From an uncultured Planctomycetales bacterium (lineage in GTDB: Bacteria > Omnitrophota > Gorgyraeia > Gygaellales > Profunditerraquicolaceae): DNA of 64,000 bases. The stretch is from positions 5,742-69,741 of the forward strand of contig CAZJFL010000001.1 in NCBI GenBank assembly GCA_964545575.1. Direction: 5' to 3'. Position numbers and translations under genes: made by a program. Each line of letters opens with the position of its first letter. Within the stretch, counting starts at the first letter, position 1. Positions 29,368 through 39,081 of the stretch are shown here, one piece after another. The notes beneath the pieces are model-generated. The model was not told the origin of the DNA. It saw only the letters and a list, made by a program, of their open reading frames with translations, and did no database searches.

Positions 29368-29442
29368 GCTTATTGCTTATCGCCAATCGCTTATCGTAAA
29401 ATCTCTTTTGCGACGATATGCGATTTGCTATATGCGCTATGC
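29368..29442. repeat. Inverted pair of degenerate 7-mer arrays at the tsaB/alr junction
   Basis: GCTTATT-GCTTATC-GCCAATC-GCTTATC then GATATGC-GATTTGC-TATATGC-GCTATGC. Confidence 0.75.
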
Positions 29443-30107
29443 CCAATTTGGCATTCTTTAGGATAAAGGTAAATCGGTTTAATTTTGAATGCGTCGCTGA
29501 TTTTCTTCTGCTTTATCTTTTCTAAAGCGAGCTTTATAAGATTGTGCGGCTTGGGATACCAGTAATCTGCATCCAGAAGAGTTACGCCTTTAGTATTCCT
29601 TAAAATACCTGCCTTATCTAAAGCTATGGCATCTCCCAGCGCCAGCGTATTATTTTTAATCTTTTTAAAAAAAGCATCCGGCGCCACAAGCATATAGCCG
29701 GTGATTCTGGATAACTGAGCGCCTTTTATCCTGTAAATAGCGGCGTATATAAGATTTCTTTTCGCATCTATCATCGGGGCTATGTAGCCAGAGTGGCTAG
29801 CGGCATTAAGCGCTAATAAATCCAGCGTCGGCACCCCCACTACCGCTTTCTTTGTTGCCCAGCTTAAGCCTTTTATAGCGCTTATCCCCACCCGCATCCC
29901 GGTAAAAGAACCCGGCCCGAGGCCTACGGCAAAATAATCGATATCCTCCGGGCGCCACCCTACAGCACCAAGAGCCCTTTTTATGGTGACGCCTAATAAA
30001 ACAGAAAGTCTATTTTCCGCTTTGAGATTATACCCGTATAGCTTGCCGTGCTCGTAAAGCGCCAGGCATAAAAACTTGGTAGAGGTATCAAGAGCTAATA
30101 TCTTCAT
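29391..30107 (-). CDS. tsaB: t6A biosynthesis protein TsaB
   Basis: ILALDTST, GPGSFTGMRVG, IDAKR, PIYL. Confidence 0.95.
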   Translation of the reverse strand: MKILALDTSTKFLCLALYEHGKLYGYNLKAENRLSVLLGVTIKRALGAVGWRPEDIDYFAVGLGPGSFTGMRVGISAIKGLSWATKKAVVGVPTLDLLALNAASHSGYIAPMIDAKRNLIYAAIYRIKGAQLSRITGYMLVAPDAFFKKIKNNTLALGDAIALDKAGILRNTKGVTLLDADYWYPKPHNLIKLALEKIKQKKISDAFKIKPIYLYPKECQIGHSAYSKSHIVAKEILR

Positions 30108-30558
30108 CTATATCCTCTAAAAAATTCCGGTAACGTTTCCCGAAAGCGCTGACCTTAAGCCATCTTTCTGTCTTGGCCTTTATCGTCAATTCTATCTTTA
30201 AAAACTCCGCGGGTAAAAGGTACTTTAGCCTATCCGCCCATTCGATTACCGATACGCCTGCGCCATAAAGATACTCTTCGTAGCCTAAGACTAAGATATC
30301 GCCTGCTGCCCGCAAGCGGTAAAGGTCAAAATGATAAAGCGGTATCTTTGCCCCGGGATACTGGCGGATCAGCACAAAAGAGGGGCTGATAATTTTATCT
30401 CTTTCGATGCCTAACCCTGCGGCGATGCCTTTGGTGAGCACGGTCTTACCTGAACCAAGCTCTCCGAACAGGCAGATTATATCACCTTTTTTAAGATTTT
30501 TGGCGATTTTGGTGCCTATAGCTAATGTCTGCTTTACGGATTTTGAAATTAACTTCAT
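30088..30558 (-). CDS. tsaE: t6A biosynthesis ATPase TsaE
   Basis: GELGSGKT, SPSF, HFDLYRL, IEWA. Confidence 0.96.
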   Translation of the reverse strand: MKLISKSVKQTLAIGTKIAKNLKKGDIICLFGELGSGKTVLTKGIAAGLGIERDKIISPSFVLIRQYPGAKIPLYHFDLYRLRAAGDILVLGYEEYLYGAGVSVIEWADRLKYLLPAEFLKIELTIKAKTERWLKVSAFGKRYRNFLEDIDEDISS

Positions 30559-30560
30559 TT

Positions 30561-31457
30561 TTAAAAATGCCTGAAACCCCGGGCGGGGATCGCCCGCTCT
30601 TGCCCTTTTTTATCCACTAACTTTAAACCGTATTTTTCCCCCATGATTTGGCCTATCGGCGTAAAACCAGAAAGCTTCTTTAAGGGAATTTTACGCGCAT
30701 CGCCGGGCGCTAAAGTAAAAAGCAGTTCAAAGTCTTCGCCCATATAAAGCGCCTCGGCAAAATTACGCGCCGCAGGGCTGAGCGGTATCAATTCTTCATA
30801 GAGCGCTGCCCCGGCTTTACTTGCCTCCAGGATATGGGCGAGGTCCTGGGCGAGTCCGTCTGAGATATCAATCATAGCGTTTATTTTAAAATTCTCGGTC
30901 AGAAACTTCGCTTCTTTAAGGCGCGGGGTAAAGCGAAGATGCTTGCCGCGGATAGAACCTCCGAGCTTGCCGGTAGAAAATATAATGTCCCCGTACTTAG
31001 CGCCGCTCCTTAAGACTAAGTTCTTTTTCTTAACCTGCCCCAGCATGCTGACATCAATGGTTAAACGCCCTGCCCGGCTTAAATCCCCTCCCACCAGATT
31101 TATTTTATATTTACGGCAGAGCTCGCGCATCCCTTTAAAAAGTTTATCCGCAAAATCAATTGAGGTTTTTTTAGGCAGGGAGAGAGACACCAGGCAATAA
31201 AGCGGCTTGCCGGCGCAGGCAGCAATATCGCTGGCAGATACCGCTATCGCCTTCCTGCCGATTAAATAGGGTTTTTCCCGGGGGAGAAAATCTACCCCTT
31301 CCACCAGCATGTCGCAGGTAAAGAGGAGGTAATTATTTTTGTCGAATTTGATTACCGCGCAGTCGTCGCCGGAGCCTTTTACGACTGTGGAATCGGTCTT
31401 AATCTGCCTGCGGAACCTCTCAATCAATCCAAACTCGCCTAATTTATTTATTAACAT
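30561..31457 (-). CDS. thiL: Thiamine-monophosphate kinase
   Basis: GEFGLI, GDDCA, SDIAA, IDISDGL, GEDFELLFT. Confidence 0.95.
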   Translation of the reverse strand: MLINKLGEFGLIERFRRQIKTDSTVVKGSGDDCAVIKFDKNNYLLFTCDMLVEGVDFLPREKPYLIGRKAIAVSASDIAACAGKPLYCLVSLSLPKKTSIDFADKLFKGMRELCRKYKINLVGGDLSRAGRLTIDVSMLGQVKKKNLVLRSGAKYGDIIFSTGKLGGSIRGKHLRFTPRLKEAKFLTENFKINAMIDISDGLAQDLAHILEASKAGAALYEELIPLSPAARNFAEALYMGEDFELLFTLAPGDARKIPLKKLSGFTPIGQIMGEKYGLKLVDKKGQERAIPARGFRHF

Positions 31458-31469
31458 GGGTTAGCAAAG

Positions 31470-32519
31470 TTAAACTCTTATGCTCAATATTTTTTTGATA
31501 TTTTCTCTATATGGCGGCCGGATTATCCCCTTATCCGTAATAATCGCGCTGATTAAATCATGCGGGGTAACATCAAAAGCCGGATTATAGACCTTCACCG
31601 CCTTTGGCGCAACCGGGATTTTGAAAAATAAATGCGTCACTTCATCCGCAGGGCGCTCTTCTATCGGAATATCTTCGCCCCGTTTTATATTTAAATCAAA
31701 AGTAGAGGCCGGAGCTGCTACATAAAAAGGTATCTTATGGCAATAACTTAGGATTGCCAGATTATAAGTGCCGATTTTATTGGCGGTATCCGCATTCAGG
31801 GCGATCCTGTCCGCTCCGACGATAACTTTATCGATTTTACCCTGCCGCATTAAGCTAGCGGCCGCGCTATCGCAGATCAGGGTCGTATCAATGCCGCTTT
31901 TCTTTAATTCCCAGGCTGAGAGGCGCGCGCCCTGCAGCAAAGGCCTGGTTTCAGAAACAAACACTTTGATCTTTTTGCCCTCGGCCCGGGCGCGGTAAAT
32001 TACGCCTAAGGCAGTGCCGTAATCTATCGTGGCTAAGATACCAGCATTGCAGATAGTCAAGATCTTATCGCCGGACTTGATTAATTTTGCCCCGTAATAA
32101 CCTATTCTACGACAGGCAACCCTGTCTTCCTGAATAATCTTCTCTGCTTCCCCTAAAAGCAGTTTTTTTATTTTATCCACCGGTTTATTTTTATTTCTTA
32201 CGGCAACGCTGCGCATCCTCTCTAAACCCCAGAAGAGGTTTCTGGCAGTAGGCCGGGATGAAGAAAGGTATCTGGCTACCCGGCCTAATCCTTTAGCGAA
32301 TCCGGCAAAACCTTTAGCCCTTGAACCTCTGACCCCTAAATAAACGCCCAGGCCTGCGGCCGCACCCAGCGCCGGAGCGCCGCGTATTTTCATCTGTTTT
32401 ATTGCCTGGCGTAAACTTTTTAGATTATCAATATAAATATATTCCAGCTTACCCGGCAGTTTTGTCTGGTCAATCAATTTAATCTTATTATTTTTCCACT
32501 CTATAGTCGCAAGCGTCAT
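31470..32519 (-). CDS. mtnA: S-methyl-5-thioribose-1-phosphate isomerase; start placed at MTLATIEW
   Basis: IDQTKLP, RGAPA, RPTA, ETRPLLQGARL, NKIGTY, NPAFDVTP. Confidence 0.95.
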   Translation of the reverse strand: MTLATIEWKNNKIKLIDQTKLPGKLEYIYIDNLKSLRQAIKQMKIRGAPALGAAAGLGVYLGVRGSRAKGFAGFAKGLGRVARYLSSSRPTARNLFWGLERMRSVAVRNKNKPVDKIKKLLLGEAEKIIQEDRVACRRIGYYGAKLIKSGDKILTICNAGILATIDYGTALGVIYRARAEGKKIKVFVSETRPLLQGARLSAWELKKSGIDTTLICDSAAASLMRQGKIDKVIVGADRIALNADTANKIGTYNLAILSYCHKIPFYVAAPASTFDLNIKRGEDIPIEERPADEVTHLFFKIPVAPKAVKVYNPAFDVTPHDLISAIITDKGIIRPPYRENIKKILSIRV

Positions 32520-33118
32520 CTTAAGTATCTTTCTATTGATTTTATCTGTAATGCCACCTGCTTCCGGATCTCGCGACAGCATCCCGGCTTAAGCAACTGA
32601 AGAACTTTTCTATAAGCTTCCTGCGCTCCCTGATAATCGCAGAGATTGAATAGCGCATCCGCCAGATTATCATAGGTGACTGCTCTCCCGGGCTCCAGCT
32701 CCAGCGCCTTTTTAAAATACCCTATTGCTTCCTGATGCCTGCCGATATTATTCAGCAGCCAGCCTTTGTTATGATAGACGGTAGCGTAATCAGGTTCTAC
32801 CTCTATCCCCTTATCAAAATAATAAAATGCCCCATCGATCACGCCTAACTCTACCATGCACAGTGCCCGGTCATTGTAAGCCGCTCCGTCGGCAGGATTA
32901 TTGTTTATCGCCGCATCAAAGTGCTCTATGGCGCTGGCGAAATTCTCAGCCAGAAGTTCCAACTGGCCTTTAAAATATTCTCTCTCCCCTGCTAAGTTTC
33001 CCGCCTGAGCCTGACTCAGCCCTTCCTTAGCCAAAGCCACCGCCTCTTTATGCGTGCCATAAGTTATCGCTTCATCTAACTTTAACCTAAGCGCAATTAA
33101 ATATCCATTTTTACCCAT
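32516..33118 (-). CDS. Tetratricopeptide repeat protein
   Basis: About four TPR units (AYNDRA, VYHNKG..L...G...EA...FKKALELEP). Confidence 0.85.
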   Translation of the reverse strand: MGKNGYLIALRLKLDEAITYGTHKEAVALAKEGLSQAQAGNLAGEREYFKGQLELLAENFASAIEHFDAAINNNPADGAAYNDRALCMVELGVIDGAFYYFDKGIEVEPDYATVYHNKGWLLNNIGRHQEAIGYFKKALELEPGRAVTYDNLADALFNLCDYQGAQEAYRKVLQLLKPGCCREIRKQVALQIKSIERYLR

Positions 33119-33142
33119 GGCAAGTATAATAAACTAGGCTGT

Positions 33143-33322
33143 ATTTTTTGTGGGTGGCTTGGCTGTTTTTGAGCGGGGCATCGAGGACGCCGAGCGGGCA
33201 TGGTTCGCCCGCTAAAACTAAGTCAGCGAGAGCGAGGCGCCGCAGATGAGCGCAGTTTTGCCACGCTGGGGCAAAACAAGCGTCCCCGCGAGAAAATAGC
33301 CAAGACAGGACCCACAAAAAAT
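33143..33322. mobile_element. 180-bp MITE-like or structured-RNA element with long imperfect terminal inverted repeats and two internal hairpins
   Basis: ATTTTTTGTGGGT/ACCCACAAAAAAT ends; CTTGGCTGTTTTTGAGCGGGG/CCCCGCGAGAAAATAGCCAAG; internal AGCGGGC/GCCCGCT and GTTTTGCC/GGCAAAAC. Confidence 0.55.
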
Positions 33323-33333
33323 CTCATTCATAG

Positions 33334-34452
33334 TTATAACCCTATTAATTTCGCCAATATGCTCTTCTTTACTTTAATCGCTGCCGCCGGGCAGGCCTCC
33401 TGGCAGCAGAAGCAGGAGATACATTTAGAATATTTAAAAACAATCCCCTTGTCTTGCATGCTGATCGCCTGCGTAGGGCAGGCCTGAATGCAGGCCGCGC
33501 AGCGGATACAATTATCGCGCTCGACGCAAGGATAGTATTTAATCAGCGCCTTTGCCAGCTCAATCACCGGCCGCGGTAATTTTTTCGTTATAGAAGTAGA
33601 GGGCAATAAAAACGGCTCGCCGATGGCATCCCGGAGTTTCTCCCCTAAGATTTCAATAGAATTAATATCCGCTGTTCCCAGCCCCCTTGCGGCCGCTTCT
33701 TTAGTGCTTAATACGTCAACCGGGCGGATACCCATAATCAAAGCCAGAATACTATCCAGCGCCACGCAATCAACGCCGGCGAGTAATAAACGGAGCTCGC
33801 GTAACTTTCCGCTAGTGGCCGGGCCATCCCCCTCCATCGCCACAATCCCGTCGATAACAGTCAAAGAGGGCTTGGCTTCCCGGTAAATATCTACCACTAT
33901 CTTTGCAAAATCATGGGCATAAAAATAATTCTTGTGCAGCTCTGTTTTGTAAGTCCCCGGGACCAGTCCGAAAAGATTCTTTATCGCTCCGGTAAGGAGC
34001 GTCAGGTCGTGCGTTTTAAACTTCGGGAGATTAACAAGGTGGTCACAGTTATCCAGCCAGGTAGTCATGGGAAATTTTCCGCGCCAACGCCTTTTATCAA
34101 ACCTTACGAGATCCACGCCTTCTTCTGCGCAAATTCTTTTTACGCCTGAACGCTCGTAAACCTGATCCACATTCTCGACCTGGTTCCCCCAGACGCTGGG
34201 GCCGTCACCGAGTGATATCTGGCAGTTTATTTCTTGCAATAGCTTTATTACCGCGCGCACTACTTCCGGATGCGTATCTATGCCGAATTCCGGCTCCTTG
34301 GCCATCAAAAGGTTAGGCTTGACCAACACCCGGCTCTTGGGTTTGATAAAAGCGGATATTCCGCCTAGCAGCTTGACTGCCTGCCGAACCTTCTCTTGGA
34401 CCAATAAGGGGTCGTAACTGGAACACCTAATCAGGGCAACCTGGGATTTCAT
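33334..34452 (-). CDS. DUF362 domain protein with a C-terminal 2x[4Fe-4S] ferredoxin
   Basis: VLVKPNLL, THPEVV, NLPKFKTH, AIKNLFG; CIRCAACIQACP and CISCFCCQEACP. Confidence 0.9.
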   Translation of the reverse strand: MKSQVALIRCSSYDPLLVQEKVRQAVKLLGGISAFIKPKSRVLVKPNLLMAKEPEFGIDTHPEVVRAVIKLLQEINCQISLGDGPSVWGNQVENVDQVYERSGVKRICAEEGVDLVRFDKRRWRGKFPMTTWLDNCDHLVNLPKFKTHDLTLLTGAIKNLFGLVPGTYKTELHKNYFYAHDFAKIVVDIYREAKPSLTVIDGIVAMEGDGPATSGKLRELRLLLAGVDCVALDSILALIMGIRPVDVLSTKEAAARGLGTADINSIEILGEKLRDAIGEPFLLPSTSITKKLPRPVIELAKALIKYYPCVERDNCIRCAACIQACPTQAISMQDKGIVFKYSKCISCFCCQEACPAAAIKVKKSILAKLIGL

Positions 34453-35231
34453 TTCAAATTGAAAAACTTCTTGGCGTTATCGGTAGTGACTCCAGCTACT
34501 TCTTCTATACTCATTGCTTTTATCCTGGCAACTTCTTCGGCAAGTAGCTTAACCTGCATCGGTTCGTTTCGCCTGCCCCGGAATCCTTCCGGAGAAAGAA
34601 AAGGCGCGTCTGTTTCTAACATCAAGCTTCCCACAGGGACCAGCCTTACCAGCTCTCTTAGTTTTTCTGCTTTTCTATAAGTAATATTGCAGGTAAAAGA
34701 AATGAGAAAGCCTAAATCCAGACACTCCTTTAAAAACTTTTCATCTCCGGAGAAACAATGCACTACTGCCCTTAGAGGCATGGATTCTTTTAAAATCTTC
34801 AAAGTATCGGCTTCTGCCTGACGATTATGGATTACCAGCGGTAAATTTAAATCTTTGGCTGTTCTAACAAGCGACTCAAAAAGCGGCCTCTGGTTTTGGG
34901 GTTGAGAATAATTCTTACCTTGCCTGCCGGCAGGCAGGAAATAATCCAAGCCGATTTCGCCAATTGCCACCACCTTATTATTTTTAGCTAAATCGCGCAG
35001 GGTTATATCTATATTCTTATCCACTCTATCTGCTTCATGGGGATGTATCCCTACGCTAGCGTATACAGAATCGTATCTTTTAGCCAGGGCGACGGCATCG
35101 CGCGAACCTTTAAGGCTTGAGCCGATATTAACCATATAAGCTACGCCGGCGTCTTCTGCGCGCTGAATAACCGCTTCTCTATCTTGATCAAATTCGGGGA
35201 AGTCTAAATGACAATGTGTATCAGCTAACAT
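34449..35231 (-). CDS. tatD: TatD family DNase carrying a 7-codon palindrome insertion
   Basis: DTHCHL, GIHPH, GEIGLDY, HCFSG, ETDAPFL. Confidence 0.96.
   Translation of the reverse strand: MLADTHCHLDFPEFDQDREAVIQRAEDAGVAYMVNIGSSLKGSRDAVALAKRYDSVYASVGIHPHEADRVDKNIDITLRDLAKNNKVVAIGEIGLDYFLPAGRQGKNYSQPQNQRPLFESLVRTAKDLNLPLVIHNRQAEADTLKILKESMPLRAVVHCFSGDEKFLKECLDLGFLISFTCNITYRKAEKLRELVRLVPVGSLMLETDAPFLSPEGFRGRRNEPMQVKLLAEEVARIKAMSIEEVAGVTTDNAKKFFNLK
34918..34938. repeat. 21-bp near-palindrome CCTTGCCTGCCGGCAGGCAGG inside tatD
   Basis: Matches the 20-bp palindrome at 63205-63224 plus one base. Confidence 0.9.
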
Positions 35232-36723
35232 CTATACGGGGGAATAACGGCTTACCTTTATGGATTTTATCCTGGCCCAACTGTTGAAGTATCGAATCAG
35301 CAGTCTCAGGCATAAACGGCTGGATTTTCAGAGCGACTGCCCTGATTACCTCCACCAGCAAACGGCAGAATGCTTCCAATTCTTTAAGTTTGTTTTCCTT
35401 AGCTAGATTCCATGGCTTAGTCTCTTCTACATATTTATTAGCCATATTGATCAGTTCCCAAATATCCTCAAGCGGCCCGGCAAAGTTAAAACCCGGGCCG
35501 GCTAACCCGGGATTAGCTGCTATTGCCGCATCGAGAGCTTTAATCTTTGCCTCTATGGAGCGCGCCGCGGCATCTGCAGGAAGCGCCTTTTCGGGAATAT
35601 TGCTGGAAAAATATTTTTCAATCATGGTTAAAGTCCTATAGACAAGGTTTCCCAAGTCATTGGCCAAATCAGCGTTAAACCTTTTGATTATCGCCTCTTC
35701 AGAAAAATTGCCGTCTAAGCCAAAAGGCACGTCGCGTAAAAGAAAGTAGCGGTATACATCTATGCCGTATTTATCGACCATCTCAAGCGGCGAGATAACA
35801 TTGCCGCGCGATTTAGACATTTTGCTCTCTCCCACCATCCACCATCCGTGGGCAAACACTGTTTTGGGGAGCTCTATATTTAAGGCATAGAGCATAATCG
35901 GCCAGTAGACGGCATGCTGCCTTAAAATATCTTTGCCGATAAGATGTAAATCCGCCGGCCACCAGCGCGATTTATAATTGCCCTGGGCATCAAAATTTCC
36001 GACGGCGCTGATATAATTTATAAGCGCATCAAACCAGACATAGGTAACGTGGCCCGGGCTAAAAGGCAAAGGTATGCCCCAGCTTAAGCGCTCCTTGGGG
36101 CGGGAGATACAAAGGTCGTTTAATTTGTTCAGCTCTAAAAACCTGGATATCTCTTCGTAGCGGCTGGGCGGTTTGATAAAATCAGGGTGATCCCCGATAT
36201 ATTTAGCCAGCCAATCATGATATTTGGACAACCTGAAGAAAAAGTTTGTCTCGCTGATTTTCTCTAAAGGCCTTTTACAATCCGGGCAAAGCTGATTAAT
36301 AGCCTGGGATTCCAGCCAAAAGGTCTCACAGGGGGTACAATATAAACCATCATATGTATCCTCGTAAATATCCCCTTTTTTATAAAGTATCTCCAGGACC
36401 CTTTGGACAGTGCGGACGTGCCTGTCTTCAGTGGTACGGATAAAATCATCATAAGAGATATTTAATTTCTGCCAGAGGCCCTTAAACTGACCGACCATTT
36501 TGTCGCAGAATTCAGGCGGGTTTAATTTTGCCTCATCAGCCGCCTTCTGGATCTTCTGGCCGTGCTCGTCGGTGCCGGTGAGCAGCCAGACGTTATCCTG
36601 GCCTAAAATACCCCGCATGTAGCGCGCCAGGCAATCCGCCGCAATTGTGGTATAAGAATGCCCTATGTGCGGTGCGGCATTTACGTAATATAAGGGGGTA
36701 GTGATATAAAACTTATTTGCCAT
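35221..36723 (-). CDS. metG: Methionine--tRNA ligase (short form)
   Basis: PHIGHSY, GTDEHG, YVWFDAL, KMSKSRGN; no C-terminal OB domain. Confidence 0.96.
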   Translation of the reverse strand: MANKFYITTPLYYVNAAPHIGHSYTTIAADCLARYMRGILGQDNVWLLTGTDEHGQKIQKAADEAKLNPPEFCDKMVGQFKGLWQKLNISYDDFIRTTEDRHVRTVQRVLEILYKKGDIYEDTYDGLYCTPCETFWLESQAINQLCPDCKRPLEKISETNFFFRLSKYHDWLAKYIGDHPDFIKPPSRYEEISRFLELNKLNDLCISRPKERLSWGIPLPFSPGHVTYVWFDALINYISAVGNFDAQGNYKSRWWPADLHLIGKDILRQHAVYWPIMLYALNIELPKTVFAHGWWMVGESKMSKSRGNVISPLEMVDKYGIDVYRYFLLRDVPFGLDGNFSEEAIIKRFNADLANDLGNLVYRTLTMIEKYFSSNIPEKALPADAAARSIEAKIKALDAAIAANPGLAGPGFNFAGPLEDIWELINMANKYVEETKPWNLAKENKLKELEAFCRLLVEVIRAVALKIQPFMPETADSILQQLGQDKIHKGKPLFPRIDVS

Positions 36724-37516
36724 GCTCTTTTTCTTTATAGTCCATCTCTATCTGCGTTCCGTCTTCCAGCTCCACCGTCGCCGCGCGCTTAAAAACATTG
36801 ACATTGATGACTCTGCCTTTCCCCTGCGGGGTGTGGACATGCTCTCCTTCGCGGGGAAGGCCCTTGGCGAGAAGTTTATAGGTCTCGTATTCAAAATAAA
36901 GGCAGCACATTAATCTCCCGCAGAGCCCCGATATCTTGGGAGGATTCAGCGGCAACCCTTCTTCTTTGGCCATCTTGATGGTGACGGGCTCAAAGTCCTG
37001 CAAAAACTTGGCACAGCAAAGCTCCCTGCCGCAGGAGCCAAACCCTCCGAAAATCTTTGCCTCATCCCGCACCCCTATTTGCCTTAACTCGATCCTGGCT
37101 TTAAAGATCTTGGCTAAGTCTTTAACCAAATTCCTGAAATCGACCCTGCCGGAGGCGGTAAAATAAAAAATGATCTTGGTGCGGTCAAAAGAATACTCCG
37201 CCTGCACCAGCTTCATCTCCAGCTTATGCTCTTCTATTTTCTTAACACAGGTATTGAATGCTTCCTTTTTCTTTGCGCGGTTATCTTCAACCTGTTTAAG
37301 GTCATTTGCTGTGGCCAGGCGCAGGATTTTTTTAAGCGGTTCTTTGGATTCGGCCTCCCTCCCCGCCTCCTTGGGCGAAATAATCTGGCCGTAATCCAGC
37401 CCCCGGTCATGCTCGACTATAACATAATCCCCTTCTTTGGGATCGATTTCCTCAGTAGTATGATAAAAATATGTCTGGCCGGAATCACGAAGTCTGACTA
37501 AGATTTTTCTTTCCAT
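36713..37516 (-). CDS. yaaT: PSP1/YaaT (RicT) family protein
   Basis: RVDFR.LVKDLA, RIELRQIGVRDEA, CGRELCC, SGLCGRLMCCL. Confidence 0.93.
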   Translation of the reverse strand: MERKILVRLRDSGQTYFYHTTEEIDPKEGDYVIVEHDRGLDYGQIISPKEAGREAESKEPLKKILRLATANDLKQVEDNRAKKKEAFNTCVKKIEEHKLEMKLVQAEYSFDRTKIIFYFTASGRVDFRNLVKDLAKIFKARIELRQIGVRDEAKIFGGFGSCGRELCCAKFLQDFEPVTIKMAKEEGLPLNPPKISGLCGRLMCCLYFEYETYKLLAKGLPREGEHVHTPQGKGRVINVNVFKRAATVELEDGTQIEMDYKEKEHGK

Positions 37517-38466
37517 ACTTGCGCCTTTAAATTAGACAATAACAGTTTAACATTTACGTTCTGCTCCAGATAGAGCAAAGAATCGGCTATCGACCTGAAT
37601 ATCTCCTCCAGCTCAAACCAGCTGTAACGGTGCACTAGCGTCAGTAATTCGTCCCTGCGGTCAAGATTAATCAGCTCGGCGGGCGGTACACCCACCTTCA
37701 TTAAATATATATCCCTGAACCATCCTACCAGCAGGTTCAAATACTGGCGTATATCGCGCCGGGTTTGCGTAGCTAGATTATCCAAGGGCTGGGCCGGCCG
37801 GCCGATAAAAGCATCGATAATCCTGTTCTTCTGCCCTAAGATATCCGCATCCTTGAGCCTTAAAGACCGCCCCGTTCTCCCCTCGGAAAAATAGGCTAAA
37901 AAATGGGCCAAGTGGTTATCCAGAGAATAATCTTTCTTTAAAACAGCTTCTAACTCCGCTCTCTTTAAAACAGAGAATTTGACAGTCTGGCAGCGCGAAA
38001 TTACCGTTTTAAATAATGCCGCCGGTTTTGCGCTTACCAGGATTATCAGGCTGTCTCCCGGAGGCTCTTCCAATACTTTCAAAAGCGCATTCGAGGCCTC
38101 GGCCCCTAGCTTATGCGCGTCGTTGATGATGAAAACCTTAAATTTTCCTTCGTAGGGCCTTAGGCTTATGTTTCTTTTTAGCTCCCGTATGGATTCTATG
38201 CTGATAGATTCCGCATCGGCCCGCTCAATGAGATGCACGTCCGGATGCTCATTTTTATCTATTTTTCGGCAGGAAGGGCAAGCATCGCAGGAATCATCTT
38301 GTTTTAGCAGGCAGTTGACGGCCTTGGCAAATGTCTTTGCTGCCAGGTATTTACCTACTCCTTCGGGCCCGGCGAATAAATACGCGCCCGCTATTCTTTT
38401 AGCCTTTAAATATTCCCGGAGAGTACTTATCGACCTCTCCTGTCCTTTGATATCCTGAAATGCCAT
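37498..38466 (-). CDS. holB: DNA polymerase III subunit delta'
   Basis: GPEGVGK, C..C..C zinc motif, HPD, NALLKVLEEP, SRC. Confidence 0.93.
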   Translation of the reverse strand: MAFQDIKGQERSISTLREYLKAKRIAGAYLFAGPEGVGKYLAAKTFAKAVNCLLKQDDSCDACPSCRKIDKNEHPDVHLIERADAESISIESIRELKRNISLRPYEGKFKVFIINDAHKLGAEASNALLKVLEEPPGDSLIILVSAKPAALFKTVISRCQTVKFSVLKRAELEAVLKKDYSLDNHLAHFLAYFSEGRTGRSLRLKDADILGQKNRIIDAFIGRPAQPLDNLATQTRRDIRQYLNLLVGWFRDIYLMKVGVPPAELINLDRRDELLTLVHRYSWFELEEIFRSIADSLLYLEQNVNVKLLLSNLKAQVWKEKS

Positions 38467-38469
38467 ACC

Positions 38470-39081
38470 TTAAATAAACTTTACTAGCAGCTTTCTTATA
38501 TTTTCCTGGGTCACTGCCTTATCTCTATCTACTTTAATTATCTTGATCCGCCGCGGATCACGGCGCGCAAGTTTAAGATATCCGTCTCTTACCCGCCGGT
38601 GATAGGCAAGCGGCCTTTCTTCAATACGGTCTTTTCTCCGGCCGCATCTCTCTAGCCCTTTTTCAGCAGGCAGGTCCATCAGTATAGTCAGATCCGGCTT
38701 TAAGCCGCCGGTGACAAAATTTCCGATACGCCGGATAGTTCCGATATCCATGCCTAAAGCGTAACCCTGATAGACAAGCGTAGAATCCAGGAAGCGGTCG
38801 CTGATTACAATAAAACCCCTGGAGAGCGCCGGCTCTATAACCTGGCGTACAACCTGCGCGCGGGCAGCCATATAAAGCAGCATCTCGCATTCCGCTATCA
38901 TAGAACGGTTTCCGGAATCCAGGAGGATATTTCTTATCTTCTCGCTGATCGCGGTTCCGCCCGGCTCACGCAGATAAAGCACTTTACGGTTTTTTCTTTT
39001 TAAATAATTATAAGCCAGCCCCGACTGCGTGCTCTTGCCGCAGCCCTCCGAACCTTCGAAAGTAATGAATATGCCTTTCAT
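38470..39081 (-). CDS. tmk: Thymidylate kinase
   Basis: FEGSEGCGKSTQ, REPGGT, DRF..ST..YQG. Confidence 0.96.
   Translation of the reverse strand: MKGIFITFEGSEGCGKSTQSGLAYNYLKRKNRKVLYLREPGGTAISEKIRNILLDSGNRSMIAECEMLLYMAARAQVVRQVIEPALSRGFIVISDRFLDSTLVYQGYALGMDIGTIRRIGNFVTGGLKPDLTILMDLPAEKGLERCGRRKDRIEERPLAYHRRVRDGYLKLARRDPRRIKIIKVDRDKAVTQENIRKLLVKFI

Noticed and set aside
33111-33487. ORFs 33111-33317 and 33200-33487
   Set aside because: They span the fold-back element or run antisense to the DUF362 gene and have no protein-like features.
35473-35517. GC-rich mini-hairpins in metG (NPGLAGPG)
   Set aside because: Short stems with no second copy in the window; could be chance.
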